32,000 bases of DNA from Acaryochloris marina S15. Its GTDB lineage: Bacteria > Cyanobacteriota > Cyanobacteriia > Thermosynechococcales > Thermosynechococcaceae. Of this stretch, positions 1-8,324 are shown one piece after another (positions within the stretch are counted from its first letter, which is position 1; every line of letters begins with the position of its first letter). The stretch lies in NCBI RefSeq assembly GCF_018336915.1, contig NZ_CP064923.1, positions 5,550,001-5,582,000 of the forward strand. Direction: 5' to 3'. A program made the position numbers and the translations under genes. Under the pieces are notes generated by a model. The model had not been told where the DNA came from, searched no databases, and worked only from the letters and a program-made list of their open reading frames with translations.

Positions 1-1
1 T

Positions 2-205
2 GATACAGACCATCGAAAATGCAAAATCTATGCGGATCGACCTCAGTTTTGCCGGGTAGAGCCGAAATCCTTTCAACGCATGTATGGCGTCGATCCTGAG
101 GATTTGAGTGACTTTGCGATCGCATGTTGTCGCCAACAAATCGATGCCATTTACGGTGACCGCAGCTTAGAAAGCATCCGGTTTGAACGTGAGATCGGGT
201 TCTAG
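2..205 (+). CDS. C-terminal part of a YkgJ/UPF0153-like cysteine-cluster protein (5' end lies outside the window)
   Basis: Frame 2 is open from the window edge to TAG at 203-205 and reads ...DHRKCKIYADRPQFCRVEPKSFQRMYGVDPEDLSDFAIACCRQQIDAIYGDRSLESIRFEREIGF*. The C-K-I-Y-x-x-R-P-x-x-C-R pattern is typical of this family. It is absent from the ORF track because it has no start codon in the window. Confidence 0.5.
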   Translation, partial: DTDHRKCKIYADRPQFCRVEPKSFQRMYGVDPEDLSDFAIACCRQQIDAIYGDRSLESIRFEREIGF

Positions 206-223
206 CTCCCCCTTCCAGGCATA

Positions 224-640
224 ATGGGGCTAGTCAACTGCGATGTGAAGGTAGTCGCAGGTCCATTTTTGTTTAGGCTTACCGTGAGTGATATCAATTC
301 AGTCCCTGCTAATCATCAGGCTTCAAAACCAACGAATACTCAACAACCTGACCCCAGCAAAGGGTTCAGCAAGGAATTTGGGCTAGCCTTTGTCACGGTC
401 TTCCTAGCAGAACTAGGAGATAAAACTCAGTTGAGTACGCTATTGATGACTGCAGAGTCTCAATCGCCCTGGATTATTTTTTTGGGTGCTGCTGCTGCCT
501 TGATCACAACTAGCCTATTCGGGGTGATCATTGGCCAGTGGCTCGCTCGTCGGGTGTCAGCAGCGACACTCAATACCGTGACCGGTGCCAGCTTGTTGTT
601 CATTGCGGTCTTGCTGATTTGGGATACGGTACACCTCTAG
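224..640 (+). CDS. UPF0016 (TMEM165/GDT1/PAM71/Mnx) family cation transporter, single-repeat half 1
   Basis: It carries the signature E-x-G-D-K-T motif (FLAELGDKTQLSTL) followed by hydrophobic helices. A ~50-aa polar N-terminal extension makes the true start uncertain. It lies 19 nt upstream of a second single-repeat gene. Confidence 0.8.
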   Translation: MGLVNCDVKVVAGPFLFRLTVSDINSVPANHQASKPTNTQQPDPSKGFSKEFGLAFVTVFLAELGDKTQLSTLLMTAESQSPWIIFLGAAAALITTSLFGVIIGQWLARRVSAATLNTVTGASLLFIAVLLIWDTVHL

Positions 641-659
641 AACTCAGGAGCCAAGGCGA

Positions 660-947
660 ATGGATTGGAAGTTATTAGGGATCACTTTTGTCGTCGTGTT
701 TCTAGCGGAACTGGGCGATAAAAGTCAGTTGGCAGCCATTACTCTCAGCGGAAATTGCCAACATCCTCGGGCCATTTTTTTAGGCACATCCTCGGCACTT
801 ATCTTTGCCAGTTTGTTAGGTGTGTTGTTAGGAGAAGGGGTTGGCCAGTTGCTACCCACACAGCTTATGAAAGCAATTGCAGCCATTGGCTTTGCTCTCT
901 TAGGCATCTCGTTTTTATGGTCTCCGGCTGAAGCTGAAGCGGAATAA
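660..947 (+). CDS. UPF0016 (TMEM165/GDT1/PAM71/Mnx) family cation transporter, single-repeat half 2
   Basis: FLAELGDKSQLAAI motif and three hydrophobic segments in 95 aa. It is adjacent to and co-oriented with half 1. Confidence 0.85.
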   Translation: MDWKLLGITFVVVFLAELGDKSQLAAITLSGNCQHPRAIFLGTSSALIFASLLGVLLGEGVGQLLPTQLMKAIAAIGFALLGISFLWSPAEAEAE

Positions 948-974
948 TATCAACTCTCTGGTGGTTTGAAATAA

Positions 975-1508
975 ATGGCACCCTCAAAAACCAATCTCAC
1001 CACACTCAAACAACATCTCAAGCAAGCCTCAAAAGAGGAACTCACCGATGAGATTAGTGAGCTGTTTAAAACGTTTAAGTCCGTCAAAGAATATTATCAA
1101 CTCAAACTCAGCCCCGAAACTGAGCAGTATGTAGGGGAAAACTACAAACAAACCATCGAGCATGAATTTTTCCCGGCGCGGGGCTTTGGCAAAGCCCGAC
1201 TGTCAGTGGCCCGCAAAGCGGTGAATGACTACAAGAAAGTCTGCCGTGATCCCGCTGCTTTAGTGGACATGATGCTGTTCTACGTGGAACAGGGGGTTAA
1301 GTTTACCGATGCCTATGGCGATATTGATGAGCCCTTTTATAACAGCATGGAGAGCATGTTTGAGTCAGCCACTAAAGCCATTGCTAAATATGGCTTACAG
1401 GGTGTGGCAGAACGGCGATGTCGCACAATTGTGCAAGACACCTCACAAACGGGTTGGGGGTTTCACGATGCGCTTCGTGAGATATATCAAGCAACTTTCA
1501 GCAAATAG
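975..1508 (+). CDS. Hypothetical soluble protein (resembles the DUF6155 family from memory)
   Basis: 177-aa ORF with an ATG start and balanced composition. The motifs EFFPARGFGKARLSVARKAV and YGDIDEPFYNSMESMFE look conserved. It is preferred over the overlapping ORF at 1309-1650. Confidence 0.6.
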   Translation: MAPSKTNLTTLKQHLKQASKEELTDEISELFKTFKSVKEYYQLKLSPETEQYVGENYKQTIEHEFFPARGFGKARLSVARKAVNDYKKVCRDPAALVDMMLFYVEQGVKFTDAYGDIDEPFYNSMESMFESATKAIAKYGLQGVAERRCRTIVQDTSQTGWGFHDALREIYQATFSK

Positions 1509-1550
1509 AAGCCCAAACATGGTTCATTCCTTGTTTGTTAGTTCTGAGAA

Positions 1551-1790
1551 CTATGCCGACTGCTCAAAGTATTCTTCGGTCGTTTCTACCTGGAGAACCT
1601 CGCAGGCAATTTTATCGACCAGCAGGGCTGTAGAAAACTCACTGGAATAGACCTCTAAAATTGCTTGAGCCTGACAATCAAATAGAATTCGCTGCTGCTG
1701 AAAAACCACCTTTTCAAAATACCAATTCTGAATATTGGAGATGCGAATGATCTCAAGAAAAGGGGTTTGGTTGACATAGCTACACAGCAT
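1551..1790 (-). CDS. Hypothetical small protein (79 aa)
   Basis: The only support is an ORF in a lower-GC stretch, last in a co-oriented minus-strand series (nuclease, 1992-2342, this ORF). No motif was recognised. Confidence 0.3.
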   Translation of the reverse strand: MLCSYVNQTPFLEIIRISNIQNWYFEKVVFQQQRILFDCQAQAILEVYSSEFSTALLVDKIACEVLQVETTEEYFEQSA

Positions 1791-1991
1791 TGAATCAACA
1801 GCCTTATTTCAAATGGGTTTTAACTACTCAAACAGAAGCGCTTTGGGGACATTCTTCAACGATTAGGTATAGATCTATGAAAAGTGCAATAGATCTCACA
1901 GCAGACATCAGACTTCTCACTCGCCATCACTTTTGGCAGTAAAAACAGATTGTCAAGGTTCCTATCATATTCAGCCCCCATATACTTTTGA

Positions 1992-2342
1992 TTAACGGCT
2001 AAAGGTACTTTTGTAGACTCCTTTAAGCTGCTCATAATCTTGATTAAAACCAGATTTACGCAAAACTGCTAATCGTTTTTCTAGAGCAACTCTTGCATCA
2101 TCTCGGCTGATACTATCGATTTCTAAACTCAAATTAGACGAAGTCACGAGAAAAAAAAGTCTTTTGGCATACAAACTTGCAAATAGTGCACTTTGCGCAT
2201 CAATAACGCATAAATTCACCAGTAGGCCAAACACTGGATGAGATAAATAAGTTTCACCAACAACAGAGCTTGTGTCAGTAGGAAATACATTTTGGGAATG
2301 CTCTTGACTCACATTTTCCAAATGGTCCGAATAGCTAGACAT
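1992..2342 (-). CDS. Hypothetical protein (116 aa)
   Basis: The track ORF 1992-2606 has an implausible Cys/Arg-rich N-terminal half. The internal ATG at 2342 (MSSYSDHLENVSQ...) gives a compositionally normal 116-aa protein. No family was recognised. Confidence 0.4.
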   Translation of the reverse strand: MSSYSDHLENVSQEHSQNVFPTDTSSVVGETYLSHPVFGLLVNLCVIDAQSALFASLYAKRLFFLVTSSNLSLEIDSISRDDARVALEKRLAVLRKSGFNQDYEQLKGVYKSTFSR

Positions 2343-2581
2343 AGCGGTGTACCTAATAAGAGGTAAATGCCTAAGGCTTGTAGCCCATTGACATTGTGTA
2401 CATTGAGTTCGGGCAAATGAAAAATTTGGATTATTAGTGTGGTGGCATCCTAAGCTTTTGGGCACCACACTTCTGCATCTAAAGTTACGGATATATCGAA
2501 GACTGAAGTTAGAGGCATCATGATACCGTGACAAACTCACCCTAGCCCCAAGACAACTGCTACGGAAATCCGTACCTCTTC

Positions 2582-3370
2582 TCAACTGGCGGCCTGATAC
2601 GGGCAAAATCCTTGTTTACCAAACCCACAATAGGACTCACAGCGTTTATTCTGCCCCGGACGTTGTTCGACCCACTCGCCTTTTTTATGGGTTGTCATCC
2701 AGTCCTGAGCTGTGGCTTCCGAGTGGCATACTTTGAGGGCTGATTGGCGGCCTTTTTTCATCACGGCATAGGTGGTTGGGGTTGCCCAACGTTCTTCCGG
2801 TGAGCACATTGAAGGTGGCGTATCACCTTGAGCCGCTTGGTGGAGCTGGATGCGATCTCGCATATAATCCAAAGACTCAGCCTCAGACCATAAGGGCACC
2901 TCAATCACTTCCACAGGTTTTAAGCCATCTCTTTCATGGCGTGGCCCCCAATCGCGAAGCAGGGCCACAATTTGCAGCTTCTTTATTGTTGAAAGATGGG
3001 GAATCCCTGAGCCATCAATGGCGTTTTCCAACAAAAATCGATAGACATTCAGCTGTCGATCCCATTCCACTTTGCCCTCGGTCTTGGCAGATTTCACGGC
3101 CCATGAACTGGTGAATTTGTAATCCTGCAACAGGCCATCAGCGGTCACCACCAAATCCATATGACCCGAAATCCGAAAGCCATCCACCTCAGCAATAGCC
3201 TCCGTTTCTACATGCTCTTCCTCTGCTGCAAACTCTTCCAAAATCGAATGCATCAGGGTGCCATACAGGGGCCACAGTCGTTCTGATATATCTTCTTCTA
3301 GCTGATCACTGTATTGACGTCTCAACCAGGCAATTAGCGGCGCATCGATCAACTGGGTACAAGATAGATC
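2582..3370 (-). pseudogene. Cas4-like PD-(D/E)XK nuclease with a C-terminal Cys cluster: main body, separated from its first 29 codons by an IS insertion
   Basis: Nuclease core motif GHMDLVV...LLQDYKFTS (D...D-x-K). Cysteines in MCSPEE and CESYCGFGKQGFCPY suggest a Cas4/AddB-type Fe-S cluster. The reading frame stays open up to 3370 (DLSCTQLIDAPL...), where it meets the IS end and an in-frame TAG (complement of 3371-3373). It continues in frame with 5142-5228 once the IS and one TSD copy are removed. Confidence 0.8.
3363..3370. repeat. Target-site duplication GATAGATC (left copy)
   Basis: The identical 8-mer lies in direct orientation at 5134-5141, immediately outside the IS terminal inverted repeats. 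Confidence 0.8.
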
Positions 3371-5133
3371 CTACATTCAGCAGGCTAGCTAGCAGAGCAG
3401 ATAATATTTTTTACAGCCCTTCCCAAGGAACGGCAAGATAAGTTGCTGCCTGCTGTTGAGCTTGATGAGATGCTTGGCACCATCAAGCCAAACTAAATGG
3501 ACGGCCTGAAAGCATTGGAGAATCCAACGTAACGTAGGTTTCATAGTTTGTTTCCCCTTCTGATTAGGGAGAGTTGTTTGTACTTGTTCTAGTGCATTTC
3601 TTAACTGTCGTTGTCCTAAGCTGTAGACCATCAAACACAAGGCCATGATCATGGCTAAGGCAGCGATACGCCGAGGTGTCTTCAGGAAAACACTAGAGGC
3701 AAAGAAGAGTGGATCTTTGATAAAGCGAAAGCCTCCTTCACACGCCTGCTGGTTCTTATACTCGCGCAGAATATCATCATTGCTCCATTGCTCTTGTTCC
3801 AAGAGATTGGTGGCTAAGATGAAACGACCTGCTTGCCGCCGATAGCGTTCGATGACTGGCTCATTGAGGGTTAAGGTAGCCTCAATAGAATAGGTGTAGT
3901 GAGTCACAACCGTTGCTTTTGTCGGTCGTCCAGCCTTTGAATAATGAGGTTTTTTGTGGATTTTGAGATCGTCAAGGGTGTGATACCTGAGGATTTTGCC
4001 AAAATCTTGGGCTGCAGCTAAAGCATCTGCAGGGCACAAGAAGGTCTGTTTGCAGAGGGTTTTAAGTGCAGTAGTTTTTTGGCTAAACGCCTGATCAATC
4101 CGCTTTTGCACTTGTTTGAGTCCAGAGTCTCTGCGAGCTTTACTTTCAACCACCAGCCACCGTTGTTGAATCTCTCCATAGGTACTACATACTTCGACAA
4201 AGCTATAGCCGTTGAGAGCACTGGGGTGAAACTGTGAACCCGGCAGCCCTTGTAATAAGTCTTGGGCTGCCGTTGAACTTGCTGGAACTCGGCTAATCCA
4301 AGATGTACTTCCTAATGCTTGCAGATTGTCGGCACTGTAGAGGGCACTATCAGCAACAATCACCTCTGGCTGTTGCTGACTCCACTGTTGCTTAAATTCA
4401 TGGATGATAGGCACAAACGTACTTTTGTCCGCATCATTACCGTTGCCCACTTGTAAAAATAAAGGAATACCCCCGTCCCCACTCACCAGTAGGTTCAATA
4501 CAAACTGCTTGAGATCACGACGATTGTCCCGTGAGTAGCCGTAGGTGATTTTCACGGGTATCGGCTCCTCTGATTCAGCCAGTGCAGGGGAGGGGGACTC
4601 AGGTGCAGAGGGGGATTCGTCTGACGCCTCAACCTGTGGTTTATCTAAGTATTGCCCCTCAACACTAAGGCTTGTCGCATCTAGATGCGCACACCTTAGA
4701 GCTACATCGAATTTCTGAACGACTGCCATTGCCACATGGATAAATATCTGGGTCACACCATAGGCATAGAGCTTGTCGAGGACTCGACCGATACGGGTAT
4801 CGTTGAGGTGCTCTGGCAGTACACCTTGACCGAGTAAGTGCTCGGTTGCTTTGCTTTCGAAAAACTCACTAAATAAGTACAATGGAGCACTCAAAAAGCC
4901 CATACCATTTAGAATCAGGGCTTTGACAACTTGACCACAACTAACATTCTCTTGCTCGTGAGTACCTAATAATCGATCCACTATTTCGACAATGCCGATC
5001 TCATCGACGATACCGGCAATAATACCGAGATGGTCAATATCCTGAACGTCTATCTCTTGAGGTGAATACATGGACTTGCGTTGAGAGACAACCTCAAAAT
5101 TATCCCTTGATGGTTAGTACCTGCTGAATGTCG
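3371..5133 (-). mobile_element. IS1634-family (IS4 superfamily) insertion sequence, ~1763 bp, apparently intact
   Basis: Terminal inverted repeats are CTACATTCAGCAGG (3371-3384) and the reverse complement of 5120-5133 (CGACATTCAGCAGG), matching 13/14. A subterminal GATAAT(A)TTTT match sits 16 nt further in at both ends. There is a single 560-aa transposase ORF and perfect 8-bp flanking direct repeats. Confidence 0.85.
3389..5071 (-). CDS. IS1634-family DDE transposase
   Basis: The 560-aa ORF has an N-terminus (IDHLGIIAGIVDEIGIVEIVD...GMGFLSAPLYLF) typical of the DUF4277 + DDE(IS4) architecture of IS1634-group transposases. It fills the space between the IRs. Confidence 0.85.
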   Translation of the reverse strand: MYSPQEIDVQDIDHLGIIAGIVDEIGIVEIVDRLLGTHEQENVSCGQVVKALILNGMGFLSAPLYLFSEFFESKATEHLLGQGVLPEHLNDTRIGRVLDKLYAYGVTQIFIHVAMAVVQKFDVALRCAHLDATSLSVEGQYLDKPQVEASDESPSAPESPSPALAESEEPIPVKITYGYSRDNRRDLKQFVLNLLVSGDGGIPLFLQVGNGNDADKSTFVPIIHEFKQQWSQQQPEVIVADSALYSADNLQALGSTSWISRVPASSTAAQDLLQGLPGSQFHPSALNGYSFVEVCSTYGEIQQRWLVVESKARRDSGLKQVQKRIDQAFSQKTTALKTLCKQTFLCPADALAAAQDFGKILRYHTLDDLKIHKKPHYSKAGRPTKATVVTHYTYSIEATLTLNEPVIERYRRQAGRFILATNLLEQEQWSNDDILREYKNQQACEGGFRFIKDPLFFASSVFLKTPRRIAALAMIMALCLMVYSLGQRQLRNALEQVQTTLPNQKGKQTMKPTLRWILQCFQAVHLVWLDGAKHLIKLNSRQQLILPFLGKGCKKYYLLC

Positions 5134-5228
5134 GATAGATCTGCCTTCCCCACAGAATGATGAGCATTTTGCCACTCCACAGCCCGATATAAGGGCATGG
5201 GCAAATTCAACTTGTTGGTGAGTTTCAT
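5134..5228 (-). pseudogene. 5' fragment of the PD-(D/E)XK nuclease gene (29 codons + TSD copy), orphaned by the IS
   Basis: Read on the minus strand from the ATG at 5228: MKLTNKLNLPMPLYRAVEWQNAHHSVGKA, then GATCTATC (the TSD). Joining to 3362 and below gives ...GKADLSCTQLIDAPLIAWL..., an uninterrupted 291-aa ORF. Confidence 0.8.
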
Positions 5229-5354
5229 TTAATAGGTATAAGAATGTTAGGTGTATTGCGTGAAGGCAAATCGCCACTATTGTAAGGTTGAAAGTCGGAT
5301 AGACGAATCGGTCAACGACGACCGAACCAAAGCCTGAGCATCTCAGCAAGGTAA

Positions 5355-6173
5355 GTGATGACGATGAAAATTAGTGAACTGATTGAGTGGTTTGAAAGCT
5401 GGGCTAACCCGTCCTGGCAGGAGAAGTGGGATAACTGTGGTTGGCAGATTGAACCGGGGATTTTGGATCAACCGGCTCGGGTACTGGTCTGTTTAACGCC
5501 AACCTTAGCGGTGATGGAAGAAGCGATCGCACTTCAGCAGCAGAACACACCTATTAATTTAATTTTTGCCCATCATCCCTTAATTTTTGGCCCTCTGAAG
5601 TCAGTACAAAAGGGCGATTCCATTGGCGATATGGTTCGCCTCTCCATCACTCATCAGATTGGGGTTTACAGTGCCCATACCAATTTTGATCAAGTCGCAG
5701 ATGGCACAGCAGATGTATTGTCTCAACTCTTAGAGCTGCAAAATGCCGAACCCGTAGAACCAACCCAAGATGGCCTGGGATACGGTCGCGTCGGCAATCT
5801 TAAACCCGCTCTAACACTGCAACAGCTCCTCGCCAACATTCAAGCTACTCTGAAGCCTACCGATTTATTGGTATCACCCACAGCAGATCGACAGCAGTCT
5901 ATTGAACGGGTCGCAGTACTCGGAGGGTCTGGAGCTAGCTATATCTCAGCCGTGAGCCAAACAGGTGCCCAGGCATATCTGACTTCGGACTGTAAGTTTC
6001 ATCAATTTCAAGAGAGTCGCGATCGCAACCTGATTCTGATTGATGCTGGACATTATGCGACAGAGCGGCCTGCCTGTGAACGCTTAGCCCAAAAATTTAC
6101 CAACAAGGGAGTGGAATGGGCGCAACTGAGCCAGTCAGACGAAGATTTCCGCAATTTTTGGGCTGCCAACTAG
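5355..6173 (+). CDS. Nif3-like dinuclear metal centre protein (YbgI/GTP cyclohydrolase 1 type 2 homologue)
   Basis: Motifs LIFAHHPLIF, AHTNFD and IDAGHYATERP. The length (~270 aa) is typical. The start could be 5355, 5358 or 5364. Confidence 0.85.
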   Translation: MMTMKISELIEWFESWANPSWQEKWDNCGWQIEPGILDQPARVLVCLTPTLAVMEEAIALQQQNTPINLIFAHHPLIFGPLKSVQKGDSIGDMVRLSITHQIGVYSAHTNFDQVADGTADVLSQLLELQNAEPVEPTQDGLGYGRVGNLKPALTLQQLLANIQATLKPTDLLVSPTADRQQSIERVAVLGGSGASYISAVSQTGAQAYLTSDCKFHQFQESRDRNLILIDAGHYATERPACERLAQKFTNKGVEWAQLSQSDEDFRNFWAAN

Positions 6174-6206
6174 AAGGACCAACAATACAACTGCCACAGT
6201 TTTGAG

Positions 6207-6662
6207 ATGAAACAGGTTTGCCAAATTTATAGGCAACTCCCTACAAAACTCACCAACAGCATTGAGATAGTCGGTATCGTCATTGGGCTGTTGATGATGG
6301 TGATACTGGCAAACATAGCTGCAGATGGTTCGGTATTGGCCTTGATCATCTTGTCTCTCGTTACCCTGGCCCTTATCAGCGCTCAGCCTCTCCAGCATTG
6401 GCAGAAACGACGACATGCCCAAAAGCAGTACAAACTGCGTCAGAAAAGGGTTGATCAGCTACTGGCAGGACGATCCCGAGCAGACATTTTGAAGGCATCA
6501 CCTTTCAGTTATGGTCGTTGGCCCGATGGTGACGACACTTACGTAATTGATGATCGGAGGATAGGTAAGATTATTCACCAAGTCTGGAGTCCAGCAGAAG
6601 CAGAGTTATGGATCTTAGAGCAAACGTTACATGAAGAAGAAAACGGCGACGAAAGAAAATAA
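6207..6662 (+). CDS. Hypothetical membrane protein (two predicted TM helices + charged C-terminal domain)
   Basis: 151-aa ORF with the hydrophobic stretch IVGIVIGLLMMVILANIAADGSVLALIILSLVTLALISA followed by a basic region. It is preferred over the antisense ORF 6135-6422. No family was recognised. Confidence 0.5.
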   Translation: MKQVCQIYRQLPTKLTNSIEIVGIVIGLLMMVILANIAADGSVLALIILSLVTLALISAQPLQHWQKRRHAQKQYKLRQKRVDQLLAGRSRADILKASPFSYGRWPDGDDTYVIDDRRIGKIIHQVWSPAEAELWILEQTLHEEENGDERK

Positions 6663-6997
6663 GCACACCACGCCTATACAGTTGATTCAACGTTGCTAAT
6701 ACCAATAAGCATCAAAAAGTGTAATTTTGATTTGCTATGAAACTTTGCCAACAAAGGGTTTTACAAATTTTATGATTACGCTTTTAGGCTCAAATTGGTA
6801 TAACCTCAACCTTGATGGATTCAACCCTAGTTCCTTCAATTGGGCTATCACTGCCATACCGTCATCAGAGATAGGCTCAATCAACTTACCCATACATTCA
6901 AGTTTGTTGACCCCGCTTCTGAGCTAAGCTAGTAATGCTTATACACCGCTCGACGACATATATCGGTCGTCGTTTATTGATTTAAAGGAGACAGCAC

Positions 6998-8305
6998 GTG
7001 GTCAGGATTCTCCGGTTGTCAGAGATGACATCTGAAGAACTCGCTTCCATCAAACGACGGGCCGAGTTAGATATTGAACAGGCGCTAGCTGTCGCCAAAG
7101 AAGTCATTGACGAGATTCGCGCTGACGGTGATCAGGGCGTGATCAAATACGTCCGCAAATTTGATTTTCCCGGTGCCACAACCGAAAATCTGAAAGTGAC
7201 CGAAGCCGAATTTGCCGTTGCCCGCGAGCAAGTCGAGCCCGAAATCAAAGCCGCGATTGAGCAAGCCTATCGCAACATCAAAGAAGTGCACGAACGGCAA
7301 ATGCCAGAAGAAGTGCAGCTTGCCGAAATCGATGGCGGCGTCTTTGCTGGGGAAAAAGTCACCCCTATTGCCAGTGCTGGACTATATGTGCCTCGGGGTA
7401 AAGGCTCCTTTCCCTCAGTGATGCTGATGCTCAGCGTGCCAGCGGTCGTAGCCGGAGTGGAAAGAATTGTTGTCTGTACACCACCGGACAAAAACGGCAC
7501 CGTAGAGCCTGCCTCTCTTGTCGCAGCTGAACTGGCAGGCGTGAAAGATGTATACAAATTAGGCGGCATCCAAGCAATCGCAGGCATGGCGATCGGTACT
7601 GACACAGTACCCAAAGTCGATAAAATCACTGGACCTTGCAACGTCTATGGCTCCGCCGCCAAGCGCCTGCTCTACGGCACCGTTGATGTTGGCTTACCCG
7701 CTGGTCCTAGTGAATCGATTATTCTTACGGACGAAACCACTGACCCCCGGATTGCAGCCTTAGATCTGCTGGTAGAAGCAGAGCATGGTCCCGACTCGGC
7801 AGGCTTACTGGTTACCCACAGCGAAGACCTAGCCAAGGCCGCGTCCAAACATGCAGACGACTATATGCAGCAGTTGCCTGAATGGCGCAAAAACTTCTGT
7901 CAGAAGGGCCTGTCTTCTTATGGCGGTATTATTCTCACCTCCAGCCTGGAAGAATCGATTGATTTCCTCAACGATTATGCCCCTGAGCATTTAGAAGTTC
8001 TGGTACAAGACCCCCTCAGCGTTCTCGGCAAAATCAAGAATGCTGGTGAAATTCTCCTCGGTCCCTATACCCCCATTCCAACGGCCAACTACTGCATTGG
8101 CGTCAACGCCATTCTGCCTACGGGAGGCTTTGCTCGCTCCTACTCGGCGGTATCGGTATACGACTTTCTCAAGCGCACTGGCATTGGTTATTTAACAAAA
8201 GAAGGCTTTGATCGCTTGGGCCATACGGCTCAAACCTTGGCGGAGCATGAAGACTTCCCGGCCCATGCCATGGCCATTCGTGAGCGTAAGAACCTGCTCC
8301 CGTAA
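6998..8305 (+). CDS. hisD: Histidinol dehydrogenase
   Basis: Full-length 435-aa match to the HisD pattern (YVPRGKGSFPS, KITGPCNVY, EAEHGPDS, APEHLE). The GTG start is preceded by AAGGAG 7 nt upstream. Confidence 0.95.
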   Translation: MVRILRLSEMTSEELASIKRRAELDIEQALAVAKEVIDEIRADGDQGVIKYVRKFDFPGATTENLKVTEAEFAVAREQVEPEIKAAIEQAYRNIKEVHERQMPEEVQLAEIDGGVFAGEKVTPIASAGLYVPRGKGSFPSVMLMLSVPAVVAGVERIVVCTPPDKNGTVEPASLVAAELAGVKDVYKLGGIQAIAGMAIGTDTVPKVDKITGPCNVYGSAAKRLLYGTVDVGLPAGPSESIILTDETTDPRIAALDLLVEAEHGPDSAGLLVTHSEDLAKAASKHADDYMQQLPEWRKNFCQKGLSSYGGIILTSSLEESIDFLNDYAPEHLEVLVQDPLSVLGKIKNAGEILLGPYTPIPTANYCIGVNAILPTGGFARSYSAVSVYDFLKRTGIGYLTKEGFDRLGHTAQTLAEHEDFPAHAMAIRERKNLLP

Positions 8306-8324
8306 GGGGCGGTGGAGGGTTACC

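Noticed and set aside
725-907. Antisense or alternative-frame ORFs inside confident genes (725-907, 2776-3114, 3645-3845, 4018-4221, 7085-7641, 8358-8847, 9347-9544, 11130-11777, 13858-14172, 14398-14589, 15731-16609, 17027-17940, 20548-20943, 21311-21535, 25464-25652, 26414-26991, 29437-29754, 30796-31029, 31210-31927)
   Set aside because: All lie wholly within, or largely overlap, ORFs with strong family signatures on the other strand or frame. They have biased, Arg/Ser/Cys-rich compositions typical of shadow ORFs.
2343-2606. N-terminal 88 aa of the track ORF 1992-2606
   Set aside because: The composition is Cys/Arg/Ser-rich and implausible, and it overlaps the nuclease stop. The internal ATG at 2342 gives a normal-looking protein, so the upstream part is treated as non-coding.
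5050-5349. 99-aa minus-strand ORF in the track
   Set aside because: It runs from unique DNA across the TSD and the right IS end into the transposase start region, in a different frame from the nuclease N-terminal fragment. It is an artefact of the IS junction.
6727-6927. 66-aa plus-strand ORF (non-ATG start) upstream of hisD, and a 52-codon minus-strand ORF (6735-6893, MGKLIEPISDDGMAVIAQLKELGLNPSRL...)
   Set aside because: Neither has a Shine-Dalgarno sequence or a recognisable family. The plus-strand ORF is Ser/Leu/Asn-rich. The minus-strand one looks slightly more protein-like, but sequence alone cannot support it. It is worth a conservation check only.
8208-8324. Upstream extensions of track ORFs at 8208, 15264, 16326, 19762, 20444, 21592 and 31026
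   Set aside because: Each extension overlaps the preceding gene or lacks conservation-like sequence. Downstream in-frame starts give canonical N-termini (the Pyr[11 protein letters not shown], signal peptides) or are SD-supported starts.
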